Source: Candidatus Altiarchaeales archaeon (lineage in GTDB: Archaea > Altiarchaeota > Altiarchaeia > IMC4 > SCGC-AAA252-I15). Taken from it: a DNA stretch of 64,000 nucleotides. How positions within the stretch are numbered: the stretch's first letter is position 1; each line of letters starts with the position of its first letter. Both the position numbers and the translations under genes were made by a program. Location: positions 265,882 through 329,881 of the forward strand of contig WJMO01000006.1 in NCBI GenBank assembly GCA_014727915.1. The letters are read 5' to 3'. Of the stretch, positions 55,536 to 64,000 are shown piece after piece. The notes beneath the pieces were generated by a model, which ran no database searches, had not been told where the DNA came from, and saw nothing but the letters and a program-made list of their open reading frames with translations.

Positions 55536-56752
55536 CCCGCGAGTGGCGTGTTCTCGACGTCCTCTGGAGTCAGCCGTAGGAACCTGTAGATCGTCCGCCT
55601 CTTCATCTCCACGATATTCATCTCAGTGCTGTAGTACTCCCATACGATCTCTTTGTCAGGGGTTATCTCGAAGACATGACCCCGGTCGGATTCGGTTATC
55701 AACGTGTTTCCATTAGGAAGCCGCTGGGCCGCTCCGCGCTTCTCACTGTAGAAGGAGGTCGGCGGCTCGCCCTTGTACTCCCATACTATCTCCCCAGACA
55801 ATGGGTCCACCTCTATCACACGGGAGTAGCCCCAATTCCGCCCATTGTCGAACAATAGTATCCGCCCGCCATCCAACAGGGTCGGATGGTGCTGTCCATC
55901 CAAGACGCCCTGACCCCACGACCACAACACCCTCTCCCCCTCAACGTCGACCAATGCTATGGTGTTTATCTCCCGTATCGATACCAGCAGGGCGCCAGCA
56001 TCACATAAGCCTGGTATCGGCCTGTCAATGACCTCCAAGGTGTTGGAGTGGAAGACGTCGAATATCGTGTCCTTTATGATATTCAACCGTTCGGGCGGGA
56101 CCTGACCCTTTATCTGGGCTATGGTGTCCAAACGGCCCTGAGGGATGAGATGGCTGAAAAGCCCGTAGACCGACAAGGCCTTAACAACGGAACCGTCAGG
56201 TGAGAGCACGGTGATGTAATCGTTCAAAATGGGTATTTCCCCCCCATCATGGTCGATCGTAATCTGTTTTCTCGTGTAAACGTAGACGCTGCCATCCTCT
56301 GAGAAGGCGACATCATGGTGTGCCGGAACTTCAACGCTCCACAGCACATTGGAATCCCAGTCCAGCTTCAAAAGCGCCTTGTCCCTGACGATAGCGTAAA
56401 GGTTCCCCTCGTCGTCCATCCTCACCTGATTCCAACCGTGATCCCGGTAATCGGACCTGTTACGGTGCCATATGTGGACGACTCTACCCTCCATGTCGAG
56501 TATCTGGGCTTGCGTGCCGTCATCGTAGTTGAAGAGGTTATAGCCAGGGTACGCTTTGCCGCGTTCATAATTCACGACACCCTTCAGGCTCTCCTCGCCC
56601 TCCTCCACATCGGACCATTGGACGTAAGGGAGGGACTTCAAACCCTCCAGGGAACTGTCATCCGCCGGGCCGCCGAGGAAAGCGCCTGAGCCGAACACGT
56701 ACAACCCGGCCGAGAAGACCAGTAAAAAGGCCACTATCCATGAATGCCTCAT
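55532..56752 (-). CDS. arylsulfotransferase (ASST)-family beta-propeller protein, N-terminal anchor
   Basis: Motifs present are HHDVAFSEDGSVYVY, FHSNTLEVID, VLWSWGQGVLDGQHHPTLLDGGRILLFDNG and AQRLPNGNTLITES. It is a paralogue of 56793..58061. Confidence 0.7.
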   Translation of the reverse strand: MRHSWIVAFLLVFSAGLYVFGSGAFLGGPADDSSLEGLKSLPYVQWSDVEEGEESLKGVVNYERGKAYPGYNLFNYDDGTQAQILDMEGRVVHIWHRNRSDYRDHGWNQVRMDDEGNLYAIVRDKALLKLDWDSNVLWSVEVPAHHDVAFSEDGSVYVYTRKQITIDHDGGEIPILNDYITVLSPDGSVVKALSVYGLFSHLIPQGRLDTIAQIKGQVPPERLNIIKDTIFDVFHSNTLEVIDRPIPGLCDAGALLVSIREINTIALVDVEGERVLWSWGQGVLDGQHHPTLLDGGRILLFDNGRNWGYSRVIEVDPLSGEIVWEYKGEPPTSFYSEKRGAAQRLPNGNTLITESDRGHVFEITPDKEIVWEYYSTEMNIVEMKRRTIYRFLRLTPEDVENTPLAG

Positions 56753-56792
56753 CCATACAACATAAAATAGAAAAACATAAAAATCAAAAGCA

Positions 56793-58061
56793 TCAGCTCA
56801 AACCGAGCATCTCAGGCTCCAAACGTGCCATGCGGTACATTATCGCCCTGGACTCGTTATCGTCCTTTAGATGTGGGTTGTAGAACTCCCAGACCACAGA
56901 GCCGTCGTATCCGACCTCAAACGCCCAGCCCTGGTCGGACGAGCATATTAAAGTGTTCCCGTTGGGGAGGCGATATGCGGAACCTCGCTTCATGCTATGG
57001 AACCTATTTGGGGGGGTTCCGGTATAGTTCCAAACGACCTCGAGCGTGAGAGGATCTATCTCCAGTACTTGGGAGTATCTCCTGTGGAACCCATTGTCGA
57101 AGACCAGAACGTTACCGTTGTCCAGGAGGGTGGGGTGGTGCGGGTAGTCTAGGACGCCGGGGCCCCAAAGCCAGACTATGCGCTCACGTACAGGGTCTAC
57201 GACGGCTATGATGCTCAGCATCCTGGTGGATACGAGCAAGTCGCCCCTATGGCAGAAGCCTGGGATGTCCCTGTCAAGATACTCTATGGAGTTGGTATGT
57301 ACCACATCATAATATGGGCCACTATTTGCGTTATGGGTCACGTTTTCGTCTAGATGGTGCTCAAGCAGCTTATCCATCGACTCATTGCTTACGAAACCCC
57401 CCAGAAGGGCATACAATGATATGTTCCAGAGCTTCTCGCCGTCGCTTGACAGGACAGTGACGTAGTCTGCCAGGACGGGCACTTCATGGGATGAGTAGTT
57501 CACGCGATCCACGGTCCGGTCCAACGCGTAGATCAGACCGTCTCCGCCGAATGTTATGTCATGGTGAGGCTGCATGCTCACATTCCATATTACGCCGGAA
57601 TCCCAGTCCAGTTTCATCAAAGCCCTGTCCTTAACGATTACGAACAACCCATCGTCGGCGTATTCGACATGGTGCCAGCCACGCCTCGGGTAAGGCGTCA
57701 GGTTGGCATACCATACGTTCACAATGCCACCGTCCATGTCCAATAGCATGGCGAAGTTGCCGTCGTCGTCGTTGTAGAGGTTGTAACCCGGGTATGCGCC
57801 CTCCAGGTTCAACTCGACGCCGTGCTTGTCTTCGGTGCCGTTCTCGACCGGAGACCAGCCAAGATACTGCAAGGCCATAAGCTCGTCGATCTCAGATTCT
57901 GAGCCCATGATGACGCCGTCACCGCTCTCATTCCGGTCTTCGAGCAGGGGAACGCCAGAATCGTCCGCTGACGAGGCCCTTGGGCTTCCAGGACCTGCTA
58001 GGACTATGAGTAAACACAGACCTGCCGCCAAGGCAGTTGCATGCAATGCGTTCAGCCTCAT
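56793..58061 (-). CDS. arylsulfotransferase (ASST)-family beta-propeller protein, signal peptide
   Basis: Motifs present are HHDITFGGDGLIYAL, VHTNSIEYLD, IVWLWGPGVLDYPHHPTLLDNGNVLVFDNG and AYRLPNGNTLICSS. Confidence 0.7.
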   Translation of the reverse strand: MRLNALHATALAAGLCLLIVLAGPGSPRASSADDSGVPLLEDRNESGDGVIMGSESEIDELMALQYLGWSPVENGTEDKHGVELNLEGAYPGYNLYNDDDGNFAMLLDMDGGIVNVWYANLTPYPRRGWHHVEYADDGLFVIVKDRALMKLDWDSGVIWNVSMQPHHDITFGGDGLIYALDRTVDRVNYSSHEVPVLADYVTVLSSDGEKLWNISLYALLGGFVSNESMDKLLEHHLDENVTHNANSGPYYDVVHTNSIEYLDRDIPGFCHRGDLLVSTRMLSIIAVVDPVRERIVWLWGPGVLDYPHHPTLLDNGNVLVFDNGFHRRYSQVLEIDPLTLEVVWNYTGTPPNRFHSMKRGSAYRLPNGNTLICSSDQGWAFEVGYDGSVVWEFYNPHLKDDNESRAIMYRMARLEPEMLGLS

Positions 58062-60013
58062 CTTATCAGGGTTGAACCGTCTATCGAATCCGGCACTCGC
58101 AAGCCAACGGCGTCCAAGACCGTTGGTGCAACGTCCGTCTGAGAGGGTGAATCCGCTGATAACCGGGCATTTGAGAACAATACGCCCGGCACGAACTTCG
58201 GGTCTACTAGGTGGTCTCCACCCCAGCGCTTGCGGTTGTCCGTTAGCACTTCCTTCGTGAACCCTCCGATTGCGGTCTGCCAGGCCATCCTATAACCTGG
58301 GTTGAAGCCTACGATAACGTCAGGGCAGTTTTCCACGTAGTCGCCGCTGTAGACGTCATCGCGGAGGTATGCGCTGTTCACGACGTCCCTGCCATACACG
58401 CCGTCTTTGAGCTTCTTCAGGTCCCGTGCTATGGACTCGGCAACGTATTCCCTGTCCTCCACGACACCATTACCCTCACGGCCCTCTAGGTTGACGTATA
58501 TGCTGTTGAAACCGAGAGAGTAGGCCTGGGTCCCGCTCCAATCGACATTCTGGAACAGCGGGGCCTCGTCACCCTCCCGCAGCTCCTTCTTCAGCTTCAT
58601 GTAATCGTTCTCGACAAGCCAGGTGTTCAAGCTAACAGACCTCTCAAAGGAGGTGAACCCATGGTCGGATATGAGCAGGAACAACGTGTCCTCGTCCAGG
58701 TCGGAAACCAACCCGCCGATGAACTCGTCCTTCCTATCGTAGTAGTCCGCGACAGCATCGTTAACTGACAATCCATCAACCGGGCCGTCGATTACCTTCT
58801 CGTCCCAGAACACGTGCTGGACCCTGTCCGAGCTGTCATATACGAAGGCGAGGACTCCCTCGCCCCGCTTCTTGAACGCGTTGAACTCGCGGTTGAACAT
58901 CCTGTCCCTCTGAGCTTCGATGTCAGCTATCTGAGCGAGGAAGGCGCGGCTGTCCAGCTTCAAGTCCACGTAACCGTCGGTCTCCTCCGGCATGCCCAGC
59001 GTGTAATAGAGCCCTATGTCGCCGGCGAGCTCGGCCCCATACTTTCCCGGCGAGGTTATGTCCACCACAGGGTTCTCAGGGTCTATCTGCACAGCCGACA
59101 CGTACATCTCGAACGGGTCAGTGCCAATGAGATAGGCCTTGAATATGCCTGTGACAGACTTCAACATGCCGACCTTGAACTTCGCCCGGATGAAATCGCT
59201 CCAAAACCCCTTACCCACCCGGGTGGTCTTACCGTCAACTGTGATTTCGCATGCATCAGCAGACAGCTTAACCTCCAGGGGAACCGTGACGTCAACCACC
59301 TCGCCAGACTTCCGGGTCTTCGGGCCCGAAAGCTCTGTATTCACAAAGCCGTCAGCCAACTCGACCTTCACGACCTTGTTGGACTGCTTGTCAGACTCTC
59401 CTGGATCGCCGGACGTGTAGTATGTGTAGCCGCTGAGGAACCCCTTGATGTCCGGGACGCCCAAGCCCCCCAACATGCTTCCCTCGACCTTCTCCGGCGG
59501 GAAAGTGACCGGCCATCTGACGACCGTTGTGGGTATGCCCGCGTCGGAGGTCAGCTTCCAGAAACGGTCGGCCATCACAAAAGACTCATAGCCTGTCCCG
59601 CCCACCCCGGCCTTGGTCTTCGAGAGCGAGAGCTCCGGCATATGGGTTCCAGGGTCCCTGCGTATGAAGTCGAAGATGTTATGCTTGCCCGGGTTCATGC
59701 CCGTAGCGATGGAAGTCCACGCAACAGGGCTGTTAGGCGGATTGCTAGTCGCAAGGGTTGTGAAGGTCCCCGAATCCGCCAGTGCCTGAAGGTTGGGCAG
59801 CCTGCCATCTTCCAACAGCTTGCCTGTTATGTTCGGGTCCATCCCGTCAACGCCCAAGACCAGCACCTTCTTGTACTTTGTCTCCATCCTAGCACCTGAT
59901 GTGACACCTTTGTATAGTGACTTGTATATGAGGCCTCCGCCCGCCAGAGCTGCCGAAGCCGCCAGCCCATACTTCAGGAACTGCCTCCTGGTTATTTCAC
60001 GACCTTCCGCCAT
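58058..60013 (-). CDS. Tat-exported alkaline-phosphatase-superfamily phosphodiesterase/nucleotide pyrophosphatase-like protein
   Basis: The twin-arginine signal is ITRRQFLKYGLAASAALAGG. Other motifs are VLVLGVDGMDPN, NPPNSPVAWTSIATG and LLISDHGF. The gene overlaps the downstream ASST gene by ATGA. Confidence 0.85.
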   Translation of the reverse strand: MAEGREITRRQFLKYGLAASAALAGGGLIYKSLYKGVTSGARMETKYKKVLVLGVDGMDPNITGKLLEDGRLPNLQALADSGTFTTLATSNPPNSPVAWTSIATGMNPGKHNIFDFIRRDPGTHMPELSLSKTKAGVGGTGYESFVMADRFWKLTSDAGIPTTVVRWPVTFPPEKVEGSMLGGLGVPDIKGFLSGYTYYTSGDPGESDKQSNKVVKVELADGFVNTELSGPKTRKSGEVVDVTVPLEVKLSADACEITVDGKTTRVGKGFWSDFIRAKFKVGMLKSVTGIFKAYLIGTDPFEMYVSAVQIDPENPVVDITSPGKYGAELAGDIGLYYTLGMPEETDGYVDLKLDSRAFLAQIADIEAQRDRMFNREFNAFKKRGEGVLAFVYDSSDRVQHVFWDEKVIDGPVDGLSVNDAVADYYDRKDEFIGGLVSDLDEDTLFLLISDHGFTSFERSVSLNTWLVENDYMKLKKELREGDEAPLFQNVDWSGTQAYSLGFNSIYVNLEGREGNGVVEDREYVAESIARDLKKLKDGVYGRDVVNSAYLRDDVYSGDYVENCPDVIVGFNPGYRMAWQTAIGGFTKEVLTDNRKRWGGDHLVDPKFVPGVLFSNARLSADSPSQTDVAPTVLDAVGLRVPDSIDGSTLIR

Positions 60014-60207
60014 ACACTCCTAACCCCTTCCTTGATCTGGGTGAAGAACTTGAGAAAGAATCCTAGAATCCCCGCTGCAATAGCGGCAAGCAACGGCCAA
60101 ATGGACCCGCCGACGATCATGCCCGCAGTCCCCGGGTCGATGTACGCCGACACGCAGCCGACCAAAGGCAGAAAAGCCAATAAACCCAAATAACCCTTTC
60201 GACGCAT
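59992..60207 (-). CDS. small two-TM membrane protein
   Basis: The 71-aa protein begins MRRKGYLGLLAFLPLVGC and has a second TM segment, WPLLAAIAAGILGFFL. It overlaps the start of the phosphodiesterase gene by 22 nt. A coding call is plausible but unproven. Confidence 0.45.
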   Translation of the reverse strand: MRRKGYLGLLAFLPLVGCVSAYIDPGTAGMIVGGSIWPLLAAIAAGILGFFLKFFTQIKEGVRSVWRKVVK

Positions 60208-60245
60208 CCTTAAACATTTAAAATGACAAAATAAAACCGCAGTGG

Positions 60246-61154
60246 TTACCTCTTCAAAAGCGCGACACGGCTCTCGACCTTCTCATCCGCGACCTCATAG
60301 GACAGTTCGCCAGCCAGCTCTCCGGCAAAGGCCCTGACCTCGGAGTGGGAGGGCATGTTGTCCATTGAGAGCCTGTTCCTGCTTCCACCCACGAACATGA
60401 ACGCCTTCACCTCAACGAAGTCCGGGTTGGCCCTGGAGATGAGCCTCGCATAAGCCTGGGGGTCCAGCATATTCCAGCCTTTCACCGCAGTCAATCGGAT
60501 GACCTTCCGGGTGTCAAGGGAGGGAAACAACTCCAACGTGGAGTTTATGCTATCCCAGGCATCAGACACAAGGGGAGCGCAGACCCTCCTATGGGTTTCA
60601 CGGTCGGGGGCGACAAGGGACATGTAAAGCTGTGAAGGCAGAGTGTCTAGGGCTTCAAGCCGCCCGGGTAGAGTGCCGTTGGTGACCAGGTAGGTGGTCA
60701 TAGCCCTCTTTTTGAAGCATTCAATCAAGCCTCCAATGTCGGGGTAGATGGTGGGCTCCCCAGCCAGGCTGATAGCCGCATGACTTGGCTCCTGAGCCTC
60801 CCTGAACCTGTCCATGTCAACGCCGTCGGACCCGCCGAAACCGGAGATGGCCTGCCTTTGAGCGTTGAAACATCCTTCAACAATTTCCTCAGGGTCCTCC
60901 CAGGAATCCATCCCCACGCCCATGGTGTGCTCGGTGTTCCTCCAGCAGAACACGCAAGCGTGGGTGCACCAGCCGACCGCGGGCGTCATCTGCATGCACC
61001 TGTGGCTCTCGATGCCATAGAACCTCTGCTTATAGCAGTGACCCTCCCCCCGCAGGCTCTTCTTCAACCAGAGGCACGGCTTCACCGCACTGTGACCTCC
61101 GACCAGGGAATAGTGCTGTTTAGCCAGCAGGCGCCTTAGGGCTTCGGATATCAT
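60246..61154 (-). CDS. taw1: tRNA 4-demethylwyosine synthase (radical SAM, Taw1/Tyw1)
   Basis: The start is the ATG at 61154 (M80 of the track ORF). The radical-SAM cluster is CTHACVFC. The upstream auxiliary-cluster cysteines are KPCLWL..GHCYKQ..SHRC. The product is 302 aa. Confidence 0.9.
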   Translation of the reverse strand: MISEALRRLLAKQHYSLVGGHSAVKPCLWLKKSLRGEGHCYKQRFYGIESHRCMQMTPAVGWCTHACVFCWRNTEHTMGVGMDSWEDPEEIVEGCFNAQRQAISGFGGSDGVDMDRFREAQEPSHAAISLAGEPTIYPDIGGLIECFKKRAMTTYLVTNGTLPGRLEALDTLPSQLYMSLVAPDRETHRRVCAPLVSDAWDSINSTLELFPSLDTRKVIRLTAVKGWNMLDPQAYARLISRANPDFVEVKAFMFVGGSRNRLSMDNMPSHSEVRAFAGELAGELSYEVADEKVESRVALLKR

Positions 61155-61215
61155 AGGTATTGTTTTTAAAGCTGGATTCTTAATAAACTGTATTGTTTTA
61201 CACGTGGGGTGTACT

Positions 61216-61461
61216 ATGGTTACATACATTATAGCAAGGCAATTGGGCGGGAAACCTGTCATAACGGTTGGCGGCGAGGAGCTAGGCCGCCTCGACGACG
61301 TAATAGTAGACGAGTCCACGGGCGACTTCATATCCTTGATAGTCGAGCCTGTGGTGGAGGCACCCCCGCGTGTCGCATACCCGAAGGACAAGGAAGGAAA
61401 CTACGTCATACCCTTCGACGCAGTCAACGCGGTAAGCAAGGTCGTAGTAGTAAAGGAATAA
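61216..61461 (+). CDS. PRC-barrel domain protein
   Basis: The sequence VTYIIARQLGGKPVITVGGEELGRLDDVIVDESTGDFISLIV..IPFDAV is a typical small archaeal PRC barrel. The ATG is at 61216 (the track starts at a GTG at 61204). Confidence 0.75.
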   Translation: MVTYIIARQLGGKPVITVGGEELGRLDDVIVDESTGDFISLIVEPVVEAPPRVAYPKDKEGNYVIPFDAVNAVSKVVVVKE

Positions 61462-61468
61462 GCGGGTT

Positions 61469-62026
61469 TCACTTCCTCTCCCAGTAGACGCTGACCATGC
61501 CCTCAGCCGTGCTCACGATCCTCCAGGAGGAGTCAACCAGTTCGGCGGCTACCTTATGGTCCTTCTCAGCCACGCCCTCTACCACATGCAATTCGAAGGG
61601 CACGACCTCCACCTCCCCCGCCTTAAGGTCAACGACAACAGGGTTCTCAGACTCGGACCGGAATCCGTTGGGAAGTTTCAACTCCAAAAGCAGTCTCCTG
61701 TCATCAAGAGAGGATAATACCACGTTGAAGGAGAATGACGAGCCATCAGCAACGCGTGGATCATACACAAGTTTCATACCATCCGAACCCAGACCCCTGC
61801 CGCAATCAAGGCAGTCCCCAGTCCAACAGCAACCCTCACATGAGTAGCATATGGCAGGCCCGGGACAGCTGCAGTCATCACAGCATGATGAAAGCCCACC
61901 TTCAAGCACAGCGTATCCTGAGGGCATTTCAGAGGATATCAGGGAGTTTTCGAGGGTCAAAGCAGTCAAAGTAAGCAGCCCCAGCACAAAAACCGTGTAT
62001 TCGAGGGTTTTGATCTCAGAGTCCAT
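61469..62026 (-). CDS. anchored or secreted protein with Cys-cluster and Ig-like domain
   Basis: The N-terminal hydrophobic helix is TLEYTVFVLGLLTLTALTL. It is followed by the cluster SCCDDCSCPGPAICYSCEGCCWTGDCLDCG and then a ~100-aa beta-rich domain. Confidence 0.6.
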   Translation of the reverse strand: MDSEIKTLEYTVFVLGLLTLTALTLENSLISSEMPSGYAVLEGGLSSCCDDCSCPGPAICYSCEGCCWTGDCLDCGRGLGSDGMKLVYDPRVADGSSFSFNVVLSSLDDRRLLLELKLPNGFRSESENPVVVDLKAGEVEVVPFELHVVEGVAEKDHKVAAELVDSSWRIVSTAEGMVSVYWERK

Positions 62027-62062
62027 TACTATTACGTAATTATTGGCTCTGATAGATTATAT

Positions 62063-63331
62063 ATGTTAAAAATGACATTATCTAACGTGAAACCGGTTGT
62101 TCTCTGCGTCGACCGCGACGACGACATAGGAAGGAACGTTGGCATCAAGGGCCCCATTGTCGGGAGGGAGAAGAACCTGGAGGTCGCGCGGAAGCTGGCG
62201 TTGGTTGACCCGGCCGACACGGACGTCAACGCACTGTACGGAGCGTTGAAGCTGGCATACGAGCTGGACACCGAAGTGGTCACGTTGACCGGCGACGAGA
62301 AGGTCGGGCTCATATCGGACAGGGAGATATCAAAGCAGCTGGAGAAGGTCATCAAAGAACTGAAACCCAATTCGGTAATCTTCGTCTCCGACGGATTGGA
62401 CGACGAGCAGGTGATGCCCATAATACAGTCGAGGGTCAAGATAGACTCTGTGGAGACGATAGTGGTTAGGCAGAGCAAAGAATTGGAGAAGGCCTATTTC
62501 AAGCTAACCCACTTCCTCAAGGAGGTCACGGAAGACCCCAACCTCGCAAGGCTCATATTCGGCATACCAGGCATAGTGCTGCTGCTGCTGGCCGTGTTCG
62601 GCACCCAGGCGTTAAGCCTCACCATAGGCGTCATCGGAGTATACCTGATCATAAAGGGTTTCGGATGGGAGGAGGAGTTCTTCCAGAGAACTTCCGAGTT
62701 CTTGAAGTCCCTGTCCGTGGAAAGGATAAGCACCCTCATATACTTCATAGCGTTCATAACCTTCACCCTCGGATTGAGCTACGCCTACGAGAGCATACAG
62801 GTGAACAACCTGAACTTCACGGACTTCAACACCGGAATAAACACATTGGCGGCTTTCATACACAGGTCCAACGCATTGAACCTCATAACCGTCACCTTCC
62901 TACTGGTCATACTGGCCAGGATAGTGGACGAATGGGCAGTGAAGAACTTCATACACGTTCGCAGGTACCTCATACTAGCCGCGTTCATAGTATTGATAAA
63001 CGTGGTCTTGGACGCCGGAGCCGAGTTCATGATAGTGGAGGAATTCGGATTCGGCAACTTCATATTCAACGGGGTAGTTGGCGTCCTGTCACTGTGGATC
63101 TGGACCAAGCTGACAGACTACTTCTTCAGCGAGGAGATAGAGATAATGCACAGGATAATGAGGGACCATGAGGGCAAGGAGATAGTGGACTCCGAGGGGA
63201 ACAGGCTGGGGAGGGCTTCCAAGGCGGTGATCATTAACCTCGAGCTGAAAGAGCTGCGCTACGGGCGGAAGACCATACCCAAGAAGGACATAGCGTCTGT
63301 GGGCGATAAGATAGTGGTAAAGACCAAGTGA
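62063..63331 (+). CDS. DUF373-family archaeal membrane protein
   Basis: The N-terminal soluble domain VLCVDRDDDIGRNVGIKGPIVGREKNLEVARKLALVDPADTDVNALYGALK is followed by 6-7 TMs and a small C-terminal beta domain. Confidence 0.8.
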   Translation: MLKMTLSNVKPVVLCVDRDDDIGRNVGIKGPIVGREKNLEVARKLALVDPADTDVNALYGALKLAYELDTEVVTLTGDEKVGLISDREISKQLEKVIKELKPNSVIFVSDGLDDEQVMPIIQSRVKIDSVETIVVRQSKELEKAYFKLTHFLKEVTEDPNLARLIFGIPGIVLLLLAVFGTQALSLTIGVIGVYLIIKGFGWEEEFFQRTSEFLKSLSVERISTLIYFIAFITFTLGLSYAYESIQVNNLNFTDFNTGINTLAAFIHRSNALNLITVTFLLVILARIVDEWAVKNFIHVRRYLILAAFIVLINVVLDAGAEFMIVEEFGFGNFIFNGVVGVLSLWIWTKLTDYFFSEEIEIMHRIMRDHEGKEIVDSEGNRLGRASKAVIINLELKELRYGRKTIPKKDIASVGDKIVVKTK

Positions 63332-63342
63332 CCAGATCCGGA

Positions 63343-63963
63343 CTAGTCGCAGCAGATCTTCTCTAGCTTGTCCACTGACTCCCGGGCGCCCAAGACTATG
63401 AGCATGTCACCCTCTTTCACAGACGTGTTCTTGCTTGGATTGTATATCCACCTGCCGCTACGCTTTATCGCCCTCACAAAGCATCCGGTCTCGGACAGCA
63501 GCCGGTATTCCCCAAGGGTCTTCCCAGCCAGGTCGGAACTCCCGCTCACTACCAGCTTGACCACCTGCTCCTCGGACTCGTCCAGCATGGTCTGGTATAT
63601 GGGATGGTCGCCCACACCACGCAATACGACGTCAACTATGTCCTCCGCCGCATCGGATACCTTCTCCGCCGCGGACGCCACGTGTATTATCCCGCTCAGG
63701 TCAGCCGCGTCCTCGGGGGTCCTCGCAGCCAGCATTGCCAGTATCTCTATCTCGTATTGGAGGTTGTCCATGAGCTCCTCCAAGTCCTCGACCTCCTCCG
63801 CTATCGACTTGCTGTTGGTCAGCAGTGCGGAATATGCGAGGTCGATCATCAGCTCCGAATTGTCCTTCATCTCAACGAGGATGTCCTTGACGTTCCTCTT
63901 TTTCTGTATCGCGTCCTCTGCAAGCACATCCACTTCCTTGTCTTCTTCAACCATTTCAGTCAA
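63343..63963 (-). CDS. PhoU-like plus TrkA-C (RCK_C) domain protein (COG3273-type)
   Basis: The N-terminal helical PhoU-like repeat is (..MIDLAYSALLTNSKSIAEEV..). The C-terminal part is VVSGSSDLAGKTLGEYRLLSETGCFVRAIKRSGRWIYNPSKNTSVKEGDMLIVLG. Confidence 0.8.
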   Translation of the reverse strand: MTEMVEEDKEVDVLAEDAIQKKRNVKDILVEMKDNSELMIDLAYSALLTNSKSIAEEVEDLEELMDNLQYEIEILAMLAARTPEDAADLSGIIHVASAAEKVSDAAEDIVDVVLRGVGDHPIYQTMLDESEEQVVKLVVSGSSDLAGKTLGEYRLLSETGCFVRAIKRSGRWIYNPSKNTSVKEGDMLIVLGARESVDKLEKICCD

Positions 63964-64000
63964 CCCACATAACTTAATTAGCCCATTGTTTTTATTAAAC

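Noticed and set aside
58814-59899. A 361-aa plus-strand ORF.
   Set aside because: It is antisense to the AP-superfamily phosphodiesterase, which has a Tat signal and family motifs. The translation is Arg/Leu/His-rich.
59992-60207. The lipobox-like LPLVGC in the small ORF, suggesting a lipoprotein.
   Set aside because: The Cys is followed by a second TM helix and the ORF is tiny. The motif match alone is weak, and archaeal lipobox processing is uncertain. The ORF is retained only as a low-confidence membrane protein.
61155-61391. A 79-aa N-terminal extension of the Taw1/Tyw1 ORF in the track.
   Set aside because: The extension overlaps the PRC-barrel gene on the other strand and has no Tyw1-like sequence. 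The conserved protein begins at the ATG at 61154, leaving an AT-rich divergent promoter region.
1-64000. A search by eye for tRNA, rRNA, other structured RNAs and CRISPR repeats in intergenic gaps.
   Set aside because: All gaps are 117 nt or shorter, AT-rich and look like promoters or terminators. None is long enough or has cloverleaf-like complementarity. A covariance-model scan (tRNAscan-SE, Infernal) would be needed to exclude small RNAs.

Overview
This is an archaeal chromosomal window. The evidence is TFE, Taw1/Tyw1, a short archaeal-type TIM, DUF460, DUF373 and class III (prepilin-type) signal peptides. Coding is dense, with about 52 supported CDS and many 4-nt ATGA overlaps. I recognised no rRNA, tRNA, CRISPR array, integrase or transposase. 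Housekeeping genes (purF, argJ, tpiA, rhomboid, glutaredoxin/ferredoxin, tfe, taw1, asnB-type) are interleaved with an unusually large cell-surface investment in four parts. (i) Positions 1-9035 hold an Epd/Tad-like type IV filament locus: five consecutive pilin-like genes, a GspE/FlaI-family ATPase, and two separate single-domain platform genes split by an inverted KaiC-like cassette. (ii) Positions 20698-33418 repeat the first three pilin-like gene types in the same order, with progressively expanded C-terminal domains, and end in a 3005-aa secreted protein. That protein has five Cys/Asp-rich CUB-like modules, a GEVED-like domain, a CBM-like domain, 11 CARDB-like repeats and Thr-rich linkers. 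(iii) Positions 49939-54448 encode a Cys-repeat protein and an 881-aa pilin-anchored protein. (iv) Positions 33460-49891 form a 16-kb glycosylation island: four membrane proteins carrying five GT-C-like modules (one is a 1703-aa double fusion), two polyprenyl-phosphate GT2 enzymes, an AsnB-type amidotransferase and a methyltransferase. The best candidate for a new system is the combination of pilin-anchored lectin/adhesin modules, the giant adhesin and a dedicated extracytoplasmic glycosylation machinery. All domain calls are by-eye motif recognition; no searches were run, and the boundaries of internal domains are approximate.
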